The notes beneath the pieces were generated by a model. The model saw only the letters and a list, made by a program, of their open reading frames with translations. It had not been told where the DNA came from and made no database searches. A stretch of 64,000 bases of DNA from Firmicutes bacterium UBA5509 (GTDB lineage Bacteria; Bacillota; Proteinivoracia; UBA4975): NCBI GenBank assembly GCA_002423965.1, contig DIOR01000027.1, forward strand, positions 117,958-181,957. The letters are read 5' to 3'. How positions within the stretch are numbered: position 1 is the stretch's first letter; each line of letters opens with the position of its first letter. Positions 1-8,386 of the stretch are shown in pieces. A program made the position numbers and the translations under genes.

Positions 1-374
1 ATTCCCAACGGGGCACTACCGTCATCCTCACCACCCATGATATGCAAGATATCGAGGCCCTGACAGAGCGCATACTCCTAATAGGCAAGGGGAGAATCCT
101 CATGGATGGAAGTCTGGAAGAATTAAAAAAACGCTCCTCCCAGCGTAAGACCATAATCTTTGAATATATGGGACCGGAGCCTACCCTAAGTACAGGCATG
201 ACATCTGTGGAAGTCAGGCCTGGGAGATTAGTGGTGGCCCTGGAACCAGACAGCTGCTCGGTGTCGGCAGCCATTGCCCACATCTCCAAACAGGTAGAGG
301 TAAAGGATATCTCCGTTTCTGGCATCAGTTCCGAAGAAATGGTGGCAGGCTTGTATAGGGAGTATGACATATGA
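1..374 (+). CDS. ABC transporter ATP-binding protein, C-terminal part (runs off left edge)
   Basis: Frame is open from base 3 (SQRGTTVILTTHDM, ABC H-loop); its stop overlaps the next ATG (ATATGA). Confidence 0.9.
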   Translation, partial: SQRGTTVILTTHDMQDIEALTERILLIGKGRILMDGSLEELKKRSSQRKTIIFEYMGPEPTLSTGMTSVEVRPGRLVVALEPDSCSVSAAIAHISKQVEVKDISVSGISSEEMVAGLYREYDI

Positions 375-1174
375 AAACATACTTGGCTATCTTCCGCATC
401 CGCTTTATCAACAGCCTCCAATACCGAGCGGCAGCCGTGGGGGGCATGGCAACCCAATTTGCTTGGGGCTTTATGGAGATCCTAGCCTTCGCCGCCTTTT
501 ACAAGACTAATCCTGCCGCCTTCCCCATGGAATTTTCCCATACCGTTTCCTACATCTGGATGCAGCAGGCCTTTCTCGCCCTGTTTATGGTCTGGTTCTT
601 TGAAGCAGAAATCTTCAACTCCATTAGCAGCGGCGGCATTGCCTATGAACTGGCCCGTCCCGTTGAACTGTATGGGCGCTGGTTTAGTCAAACCATTGCC
701 AATCGGGTAGCCAAGACTGCCCTTCGCTGCCTGCCAATATTACTTATCGCCTTGCTGGTGCCGGAACCCTATAGAATGTCCCTGCCACCCAATGCCAGCC
801 AATTCTTTTTGTTCTTGGTCTCGGTCGTATTGAGCCTAGGCGTTGTCGCCTCCTTTTCCATGCTCATATATATAACTACCTTTTATACCCTCTCGGCAAC
901 GGGGGTGCGCATAATCGCGGCGGCATTGGCAGACTTCATGGCGGGCTCGATTATTCCCTTGCCCTTTTTCCCCCAACCCTTCCGAGCCATTGCCCAGGTG
1001 CTGCCCTTCGCCTCCATGCAAAACATGCCGCTGCGCATTTACAGCGGCAACATTGCCGGCGACGCCGCCCTGTGGGGAATTGGGCTGCAAATATTCTGGT
1101 TAATCGTCTTAGGCCTTTTTGGCAGAGTGCTGATGAAAAACGCCCTAGGTAAAGTCGTAGTGCAGGGGGGATAG
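371..1174 (+). CDS. ABC-2 family permease (DUF990-like)
   Basis: 267 aa, about 6 hydrophobic segments, GxIAYELARP motif, ends VQGG; coupled to the ATPase. Confidence 0.85.
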   Translation: MKTYLAIFRIRFINSLQYRAAAVGGMATQFAWGFMEILAFAAFYKTNPAAFPMEFSHTVSYIWMQQAFLALFMVWFFEAEIFNSISSGGIAYELARPVELYGRWFSQTIANRVAKTALRCLPILLIALLVPEPYRMSLPPNASQFFLFLVSVVLSLGVVASFSMLIYITTFYTLSATGVRIIAAALADFMAGSIIPLPFFPQPFRAIAQVLPFASMQNMPLRIYSGNIAGDAALWGIGLQIFWLIVLGLFGRVLMKNALGKVVVQGG

Positions 1175-1175
1175 C

Positions 1176-1952
1176 ATGAGATTATACTTGAAGTTTGTTG
1201 TTATGCATTTGCAGAGCCAGATGCAGTACAAGGTCTCCTTCTTTCTCATGACCCTGGGACAATTCTTGGTATCTTTCACTGCGCTATTGGGAGTCTGGTT
1301 TATGTTTACCAGGTTCAATGAAGTGGAAGGCTTTAGCTTTCAAGAGGTACTACTATGTCTTGCCACGATGCTCATGGCCTTCTCCTTAGCTGAGTTATTT
1401 GGTCGGGGCTTTGATCACTTCCCTAGGATTATCAGTAATGGTGAGTTGGACAGGATGCTGGTGCGGCCGCGACCCTTGGTGCCCCAGGTCTTGGTATCCC
1501 TAATAGAATTTTCCCGTCTCGGCCGCTTAGTCCAGGCAGTATTGGTCTTTTGCTACGTCATCCCCGCCAGCAACATCCATTGGACCTATGATAAGGTCAT
1601 CACCCTTTGCCTGATGGTCATCTGCGGGAGCATAGTCTTTTTCTGCCTGTTTCTCATTTACGCCGCCTTTTCCTTCTTCACCATTGAAGGCCTGGAGTTC
1701 ATGAACATCTTCACCGATGGCGGCCGCGAGTTCGGGCGCTATCCCTATTCGATATACGGCAGAGATGTGCTGCGCTTCTTTACCTACATCATTCCCCTGG
1801 CCCTGTTTCAGTACTACCCCCTGCTATACCTTCTGGGCCGGGAAACCAGTATTTTCTTCATGTTGATGCCGCTCCTTGCCCTGCCCTTCGCCATCCCCGC
1901 CTTCGCCTTTTGGCGCTATGGCCTCAGCAAGTACAAATCCACCGGCTCATAA
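1176..1952 (+). CDS. ABC-2 family permease (DUF990-like)
   Basis: 258 aa hydrophobic protein with GELDRMLVRP, YPxSIY and C-terminal YKSTGS typical of the second permease. Confidence 0.85.
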   Translation: MRLYLKFVVMHLQSQMQYKVSFFLMTLGQFLVSFTALLGVWFMFTRFNEVEGFSFQEVLLCLATMLMAFSLAELFGRGFDHFPRIISNGELDRMLVRPRPLVPQVLVSLIEFSRLGRLVQAVLVFCYVIPASNIHWTYDKVITLCLMVICGSIVFFCLFLIYAAFSFFTIEGLEFMNIFTDGGREFGRYPYSIYGRDVLRFFTYIIPLALFQYYPLLYLLGRETSIFFMLMPLLALPFAIPAFAFWRYGLSKYKSTGS

Positions 1953-1961
1953 TCAGCCATA

Positions 1962-1991
1962 AAATGCCGTCCAAGAAATAGGACGGCATTT
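1962..1991. terminator. Intrinsic terminator between convergent genes
   Basis: AAATGCCGTCC-N8-GGACGGCATTT perfect inverted repeat. Confidence 0.75.
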
Positions 1992-2051
1992 ACAATACAT
2001 ACTGCTTTGATAATTGAGTCTCCTAGTCTTTCAAACGACGGTGGAAAGTCC

Positions 2052-4610
2052 CTATTTACTGGGGGCAAAGACTGCTGTCAGCGAAACATTACCCGTAAGG
2101 TCCAGTATCTGGGTAGCATTATCCGAAGTGACTGATCCCTGCCAACCTAAAAAGGTATAGCCTTCCTCTGGAACCGCTTCAAGGGTTACGGGAACTCCCA
2201 TGAAGTACACGCCTTTCCAGGGCCCTTCTTCACCGGTAATGGTCAGGCTATTGACCTTGACTGTACCACCGCCATCCACTTTGATGGTTAGATCAGCTTG
2301 TCCCTTAAGTTTAAATTCACTGATGATATGCTGTCGCACATGGCGGGGCCGGGCGTCAACCCAGTTCCGCACTTTAGTCATATTGGTTTCCCACTGTCCC
2401 ACAGAGCTAATATAGGGCCAGCGCCCAAGGTGCTCTTTCATCTCCGGCTGGTAGACGGCAGACATTTCATCAATCTTCTTATTTACCCGCTGGGGAGCAA
2501 AGGTATGATTGAGGTGGTCGGCAAAGCGATTGATAAATCCGTTGCGAAATTCTTGGTTTTTTAGGAGATTGCTAAGGAGGACCGACCCCCAACTTCCGTC
2601 ATGGGCTACCCGTGACAGGGAATTAAAAGTGGGTTCTTCGACGAGTCCCAAGCCATAATCAAGATCATAGAGGAGCCAACGCCAGCGCCCATCATGGCCA
2701 GGCCTGTCGCTGAGATCCTCTGGCGGGGCCTCCACTCGCCAGTACCTTATATTATTAAAGGGCCAGTCGGTATTAGTTGACCAGATTTCTGTTGCCATGT
2801 AGTCGATATAATTGTCCGTATCCATCAGGGTTTGAACATACCGGTAATTTTTTTCATTTGCCATGGAATTGTTGCGCACATAGTCAACCATGTCCTTGTA
2901 GTGGCGAGAGCCTCCAGCCACCCCCTGAACTTTGACGGCATTTCCCTCCAGGATTACCACCTGTTCTTTATTAACCCCATATTTGGACTGTAGGTAATCT
3001 TCGTCGAACCGCTCCCGCATATTATGGATTCCCCAGTATTCGCCGTTGAGAAATACAACTGCCGGGCGCCATGCCTGGGTATCTAAATCGGTTTCTTCCT
3101 TAACAAGTTGGTGGACCAAGGCATCCCGCATAAAGGTCCGCCGCATATCGTTGCCGCCATTGCGCAACAAAAACTTATCGAAGTCAACACCATAATTGTA
3201 ATGACCGGGGAATATGTCATAGGTGAATTTATTGGGACCCAACTCCTCCCGGGCATAAATCCTAAGGGTCTTCTGTGGCCAGGCCCGGGTAATGCCGCCG
3301 TGAATCCTGACGCCAACTCCTTGTGAAAAGCCAAATTCTCCATCGGCTTCGAAAAATTCTAGATTGGCTTTCCGTTCCCAGCTTTCTCCTTTACCCCAGT
3401 AGTTCCCGGTATGATCATTGTTTTCTTCATACTGATTACCAGGCACGTAAATCCCCGTTTTATCACTAAAGAACCCGGCGGGGTTTGTGGTCAAAGAGAT
3501 GACTGGCAGTGAATAGCGGGTATTCATATTCGGGTCGACAAAATAAGTATGAGTTTCAATATCACCCCAGGGCTTGTTATCAATAAATACCCGGGCGCGA
3601 ACGGTGGTTGCCTTGAACACTTCTCCCCGGGGAGGCCCAGGCCAATTGCGGAAGGTTGTCCTGAGCTTTGAATGCTTATTGGGGTCCCCCTTGCGGCTGT
3701 CAATGGTCAATGGGCCTGTATATTTAAAGGAGTTTTCCCGATTATGTACCAGGTCGGGCTCAGAGCCATCCAGGGTATACCAGATTTCTCCCTTTGGCCG
3801 GTAGGTAGTGAGCTTGAGCTTAAAGGGGCTGGTATAAAACCCGCCCAAGACTGAAAAGTCCGGGTCGCTAAGGGCAAAGGCAATGTCCAGGTCCGCCACC
3901 TTTTGCAGGATATAGCGAAGGGGGCGGAAATTGTTTATCGGGTTGCCTTCAAGATACAGGCGCGTGGTCAGACTGGTTAGTTCGGCCAAGGCACCTACGT
4001 CTTTTACCAGGTTATTGCGCAGGTTGAGATCTTGTAGCCGGGAAAGGTTGGCCAGCACACTGATATCCGAGATTACATTATCCCTGATGTTAAGCTCCTG
4101 AAGGTTGGTTAGCCCTGCCAGCGAGGAGATATCCTCAATACCGTTTCCCCGCAGGTTCAAATCCACCAAGGCAGTGAGCTCCGCCAGGGGAGAAATATCA
4201 ACAGCACAATTGTCCCTGAGGTCAAGAACCTGCAACCTGGAGAGGGCCGCCAAGGGGTTAAGGTCGCTGACTTCATTGCCTCTGAGGGTGAGGGTTTCCA
4301 GATTTTTCAGCCTTGACAAAGGACTGATATCTGACAGCTTATTTTGCTCAAGGCGCAATGTCTGCAAGTTGGTGATGGCCTGGATTCCTTCAAGGCTGGA
4401 TATTTCCTTTTCCCGGGCGTCCAGTTCAGTAATCCCCAAAACATCAGCGGCCCTCAGCTCCCCCTCGGGACGATTGATGGCTTGGCGAATAGCCCGCTCC
4501 AGGTTGGCGTCACGAATAAGCATCTGACCATCACTGGGTTCGCAAGCAGCGCCGCCAATAGCTAAGATTACAGCAAGTAGCATGGATACGCACACTGATA
4601 ACCTTCTCAT
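2052..4610 (-). CDS. Exported LRR + Fn3-associated + CotH-family kinase protein (probable lipoprotein)
   Basis: Signal peptide ending GGAAC; about 8 internalin-type 22-aa LRRs; PxFSxxGGFY/YTLDGSEP domain; CotH motifs RIHGGxTR, LRNGGND, NGEYWGIHNMRE, NTDWPxNN, WLLYDLD; C-terminal A.P.EGYTFLGW repeat. Confidence 0.88.
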   Translation of the reverse strand: MRRLSVCVSMLLAVILAIGGAACEPSDGQMLIRDANLERAIRQAINRPEGELRAADVLGITELDAREKEISSLEGIQAITNLQTLRLEQNKLSDISPLSRLKNLETLTLRGNEVSDLNPLAALSRLQVLDLRDNCAVDISPLAELTALVDLNLRGNGIEDISSLAGLTNLQELNIRDNVISDISVLANLSRLQDLNLRNNLVKDVGALAELTSLTTRLYLEGNPINNFRPLRYILQKVADLDIAFALSDPDFSVLGGFYTSPFKLKLTTYRPKGEIWYTLDGSEPDLVHNRENSFKYTGPLTIDSRKGDPNKHSKLRTTFRNWPGPPRGEVFKATTVRARVFIDNKPWGDIETHTYFVDPNMNTRYSLPVISLTTNPAGFFSDKTGIYVPGNQYEENNDHTGNYWGKGESWERKANLEFFEADGEFGFSQGVGVRIHGGITRAWPQKTLRIYAREELGPNKFTYDIFPGHYNYGVDFDKFLLRNGGNDMRRTFMRDALVHQLVKEETDLDTQAWRPAVVFLNGEYWGIHNMRERFDEDYLQSKYGVNKEQVVILEGNAVKVQGVAGGSRHYKDMVDYVRNNSMANEKNYRYVQTLMDTDNYIDYMATEIWSTNTDWPFNNIRYWRVEAPPEDLSDRPGHDGRWRWLLYDLDYGLGLVEEPTFNSLSRVAHDGSWGSVLLSNLLKNQEFRNGFINRFADHLNHTFAPQRVNKKIDEMSAVYQPEMKEHLGRWPYISSVGQWETNMTKVRNWVDARPRHVRQHIISEFKLKGQADLTIKVDGGGTVKVNSLTITGEEGPWKGVYFMGVPVTLEAVPEEGYTFLGWQGSVTSDNATQILDLTGNVSLTAVFAPSK

Positions 4611-4820
4611 AATTCCCCTCCCAGAATAAAAAATCTCGCATTATATTTTCCCGGGGGTAGGTAAAAGTTTTTCTGTAATAATGCAGTACAAAACGTACCA
4701 GCCTGTATAGATAATTTGGCCCTTTACCCCCATAAACAGCCAAGCTCCTTTGGATATATCTGGCAAGTTCATATTAGCACAATCTCTCAGGAAAAACATT
4801 ACCCGGAGGGAGAAAATACA

Positions 4821-4857
4821 AAAAAATAAGGGGCAGTTCCATTTGGGAGCTGCCCTT
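4821..4857 (-). terminator. Intrinsic terminator of the glmL-like operon
   Basis: GGGCAGTTCC-ATTT-GGGAGCTGCCC hairpin followed by a T-run on the minus strand. Confidence 0.7.
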
Positions 4858-4863
4858 CTACAT

Positions 4864-6024
4864 TTAACAGATACTTCGAGCCCCGAAGGAAGCGAGAGAA
4901 CCGTCCCCGTGATTTCTCCCCGTGATTTCGACGTTGGCGCGGGGGACGGTTACCTGCCTGCCCCCTTCTAGCTCTACTTCCACTACCCGCACCCTGGCCT
5001 CGCTTTCAATCTTTTGTAGCTCCACTGGAAGGGCAATGACTTTTCCCAGCTTGCCAAACCAGGGATTGCGTACTAGCCTGACCCTGCCCCCAATCTCTAG
5101 GCCCTTTGCTGCAGTTTCTTGTGTCAACCCCTTCCCCGTGCTGGGTACAACTATTTCCGGGCTCAGCACCCCCGCCCCTAATTGGGTACTGCCGTTAATT
5201 GAAGCCTCCAAACCTTCCAGGGTTTTGAGCAGGGCAAAGGTCTTTTGGGCCATGGGTATTTGGCCAAAGCCCTCGGTAATAACCAGTGACAAGGAGATAT
5301 CTTCATGGCCGGTGCTAGCCACCCGGATTTCGTAGCCCAGGTAATTACATAGGTCCTTGTGATGGATGCAGCCGCAGATAATGCCCCGGACCCCAACCTT
5401 TTCCGCCCTCCGCAGGGCGGCGGCGGTTACCAAGGATCCCCCCACCAGAATACAGCCTCGGTGTCCATCAGTTATCTGGCGTGGCGTAAGAACCTCTCCG
5501 GGCCCATTCGCTGCCATGACCAATTTTCCGCTACCCTCTCCACCGATACCAAATATCCCCTGAATGAAGGCGGCGGTGGTCTCCACTTCCACTCCCTCCT
5601 CAGGTAGGACCTTGGTCACTGTTCCGGCTAGATATGCTTTTACTGCTACTGGTACCTCCGGCTCCCGAATAACCACTTGTCCTGTGACATCAGAAATATG
5701 TTCCACTACTCCGGTAGCTGGGGACTGGCACTGGCCCCTAATAAGGCCAAAGAAAGCTGTGTGACGAGCCATTACTTCCCCAGCCTGCACCCTGTCGCCA
5801 ACCTTTTTCACCATGGCCTTGGACAGCTCCCCGGGTTCAATGTTCATGATTTTGGCTGCCGCCACCATGTGGGTCCGCCCCGGGACAAGGGTCTCAGCTA
5901 CAACTGTGCTTGGCTCAACTTTTTGCCCGGTTACTACATGTACTGTTCCCTTTAAAGGTAGACGCCGGACTTTTCTGACTGTAGTCAAGGGGCTTACTGT
6001 CCAAGATAAATATGCTTCACTCAT
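4864..6024 (-). CDS. Conserved hypothetical protein that accompanies GlmL-like genes
   Basis: 386 aa; barrel-sandwich-hybrid-like segments (VKKVGDRVQAGEVMA), QGIFGIGGE, TEGFG, KOW-like C-terminus; overlaps the glmL-like stop. Confidence 0.75.
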   Translation of the reverse strand: MSEAYLSWTVSPLTTVRKVRRLPLKGTVHVVTGQKVEPSTVVAETLVPGRTHMVAAAKIMNIEPGELSKAMVKKVGDRVQAGEVMARHTAFFGLIRGQCQSPATGVVEHISDVTGQVVIREPEVPVAVKAYLAGTVTKVLPEEGVEVETTAAFIQGIFGIGGEGSGKLVMAANGPGEVLTPRQITDGHRGCILVGGSLVTAAALRRAEKVGVRGIICGCIHHKDLCNYLGYEIRVASTGHEDISLSLVITEGFGQIPMAQKTFALLKTLEGLEASINGSTQLGAGVLSPEIVVPSTGKGLTQETAAKGLEIGGRVRLVRNPWFGKLGKVIALPVELQKIESEARVRVVEVELEGGRQVTVPRANVEITGRNHGDGSLASFGARSIC

Positions 6025-7430
6025 AGAGCTCCCTCCACATGCATTGGGTACATGCCCACCTGCTTATACCACCTAAGGAGTTGGCGCACCCGGTCTTGTT
6101 CCTTCTCTGCCAACAGTAGCGGGCGTCCCCTGCAGTCCAGGAAAAGCCCGCACACCCCACCGGTAACTTCCCGGCGCAGGGTCCTATCCCTGCCAGCGCC
6201 AATATCTGCCGCCAGATGAGGGTGAAGATCTAGCTGAAAGGGCCCCTGGCCGTCAATTAGCTGGATATCCCCCCAGGAGATATCTACCTCCTCGCTCCCC
6301 CCCGGCCAGTCTACCTTCCCCCACATACATTTCTCGCCGAACTTTCCCCTACCTTTTGGGGCTAGGACCGTACCCAGATGGGCCAGGCAATCCCTTTCAA
6401 GAACCTGGGTAGCCCCCTGGGGATGGATGTCTAACAATGCTCCCAATTGAGGCATCATGAACATGCTGTCCACCGCCAGATGGGTTACTCCTTGAGGCTG
6501 GAAGCCGTCAATAAGCATCATTGCACTCTGAACCCGCCGTGGAGCGTGGGAAAGTGTGCCACCACTACCTACAAGTAGCTCAAGCTCCATCATATCCAAG
6601 CCCTCTTGGCCACCACTTTGTTGAAAAGCTTTACCGAAGGTACGACACCTTGCCCCCCCTAACCCCACTGCAGTCCTATGATGAGCTAGGGCCAGGCCCA
6701 GAGCCTCCCGGGCAATAGCCTGTTCGATTAGGAGGTCTTCAAGGGTGTGGGGAATAGTAGTGGGCCGAACCATCTTGTTGTAGATACGGTTCTTTAACTC
6801 TGCAGCCCCGATACTAAAGGGCAGCCAGCGCAGGATATTATCTATCCCCGTTTCCACCAACAGGTTGCAGACGCTGGTGCCCATCCCCACATTGGCACTG
6901 ATGCCATGAGACCCCTGGTCAAAGACGGAAAAGATATCCGTGGTCGCTCCCCCAAGATCCACGCCGATGATATTGATGTCTTGCTCCCTGGAAAGGATCT
7001 GGATTATCTTACCCACCGCCGTTGGGGTAGGCATAATTGGAGCGTGGGTCCAAGGAAGTAGATCCATAAATTCAGGGGTAGTAGCCATGACATGCCCCCT
7101 GAAAAGCTCATCAATCTCTTCTCGGTGGGGTTCTTCTCTCTCCAACACGCCGACACTACAGGTTGCTAAGAATAAATCCGTCCCTCGGCGGCCCTGGGCA
7201 GGGGTAATGATGCCTTGGGAATCTAATAATTCGCTCCCCGCCAATTCTTCAACTTCATTAATGGCGTTTCTTATCCCCATGGACACATCCTCCAAGGGAA
7301 TTCCCACCGTTGTGGGGGCCTCGCCTCTTGCCTGCAGACGATATTCCTCACCTATTCCCTCAATCAATATTGCCTTAGTGGTGGTACTGCCGCAATCTAC
7401 AATTAAAATGACATCTACTCCTTTAGACAT
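6021..7430 (-). CDS. Glutamate mutase L (GlmL/MutL)-like ASKHA ATPase, apparently internally deleted
   Basis: DCGSTTTKA and DLGGATTDIFS phosphate loops, PTPxAV, GSGGTLSHAP; 469 aa. Confidence 0.8.
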   Translation of the reverse strand: MSKGVDVILIVDCGSTTTKAILIEGIGEEYRLQARGEAPTTVGIPLEDVSMGIRNAINEVEELAGSELLDSQGIITPAQGRRGTDLFLATCSVGVLEREEPHREEIDELFRGHVMATTPEFMDLLPWTHAPIMPTPTAVGKIIQILSREQDINIIGVDLGGATTDIFSVFDQGSHGISANVGMGTSVCNLLVETGIDNILRWLPFSIGAAELKNRIYNKMVRPTTIPHTLEDLLIEQAIAREALGLALAHHRTAVGLGGARCRTFGKAFQQSGGQEGLDMMELELLVGSGGTLSHAPRRVQSAMMLIDGFQPQGVTHLAVDSMFMMPQLGALLDIHPQGATQVLERDCLAHLGTVLAPKGRGKFGEKCMWGKVDWPGGSEEVDISWGDIQLIDGQGPFQLDLHPHLAADIGAGRDRTLRREVTGGVCGLFLDCRGRPLLLAEKEQDRVRQLLRWYKQVGMYPMHVEGAL

Positions 7431-7609
7431 CTATTGACACCTCGCTATTTGCATTTCGTTCCTCCATGGAACCCCTGGGGGCTTAATGCTAAAATATATT
7501 TGCCATCCCTGGAAAACATTCCGATTCCGGCATATACCCTTAAGGGTTTCGTCCTCTTGTTGCTTATGATATATTGCATATGAACGGATAAGTATAGGAG
7601 GTAGATGTT

Positions 7610-8386
7610 GTGGAAAACATTCTTATTAAAACAGAGAACCTTACCAAGCGTTTCGGAAGCGTTGCCGCTGTCAACCAGCTTAACCTGGAGGTAAAGGCAG
7701 GAGAGATCTTTGGGTTCCTTGGCCCCAACGGTTCCGGCAAGACCACAACGATAAAAATGCTTACAGGCTTACTTGAACCCTCTGAAGGACATGCCTTCGT
7801 CTGCGGCTATGACATTATCAAAGAGCCGGCCCAAGCCAAGGCTCTTCTGGCCTACGTCCCCGATCAGCCTAAACTTTACGGTAAGTTGACCGCCCGAGAA
7901 TTTCTATCCCTTATTGCTGACCTCTACCGCATTCCTAAGGATATCTCCCGCCCCCGAACCCAACAGCTGCTGGAAATGTTCAGCCTAGATGAGCGGGCAG
8001 ATGAACTCCTGGAAGGATATTCCCATGGCATGCGTCAAAAAGTAGTCTTAGCTGCAGCCTTAATTCATCAGCCCCGTGTCCTCCTGATGGATGAGCCTAC
8101 TGTTGGGCTGGACCCCGCCAGTGCCCGCCTTCTCAAAGACATATTGGTTGAGCTGGCTGCCCAGGGAGCAACTATCTTTGTCTCCACCCACATTCTTGAA
8201 ATTGCTGAACACCTGTGCCACCGGGTAGGGATCCTTCAGGAGGGGCGGATCATCACCCAGGGCAGCCCTGAAGAACTGCGGGCCCTGGCAGGCAAGGGGC
8301 AAAGCCTTGAAGATATCTTCCTTGATCTCACAGGAAGTGCTGAGCATAAAGAATTGATCCAAAGCCTGGAGGGGAATGAAAAATGA
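7610..8386 (+). CDS. ABC transporter ATP-binding protein
   Basis: GPNGSGKTT, YSHGMRQK, LMDEP, STH; RBS AGGAGG before GTG. Confidence 0.93.
   Translation: MENILIKTENLTKRFGSVAAVNQLNLEVKAGEIFGFLGPNGSGKTTTIKMLTGLLEPSEGHAFVCGYDIIKEPAQAKALLAYVPDQPKLYGKLTAREFLSLIADLYRIPKDISRPRTQQLLEMFSLDERADELLEGYSHGMRQKVVLAAALIHQPRVLLMDEPTVGLDPASARLLKDILVELAAQGATIFVSTHILEIAEHLCHRVGILQEGRIITQGSPEELRALAGKGQSLEDIFLDLTGSAEHKELIQSLEGNEK

Noticed and set aside
4654-4818. Long imperfect inverted repeat upstream of the CotH gene (MITE-like)
   Set aside because: Match is short, gapped and low-complexity, with no target-site duplication.
6021-7430. DNA mismatch repair MutL
   Set aside because: Name coincidence only; motifs are ASKHA-type, not GHKL.
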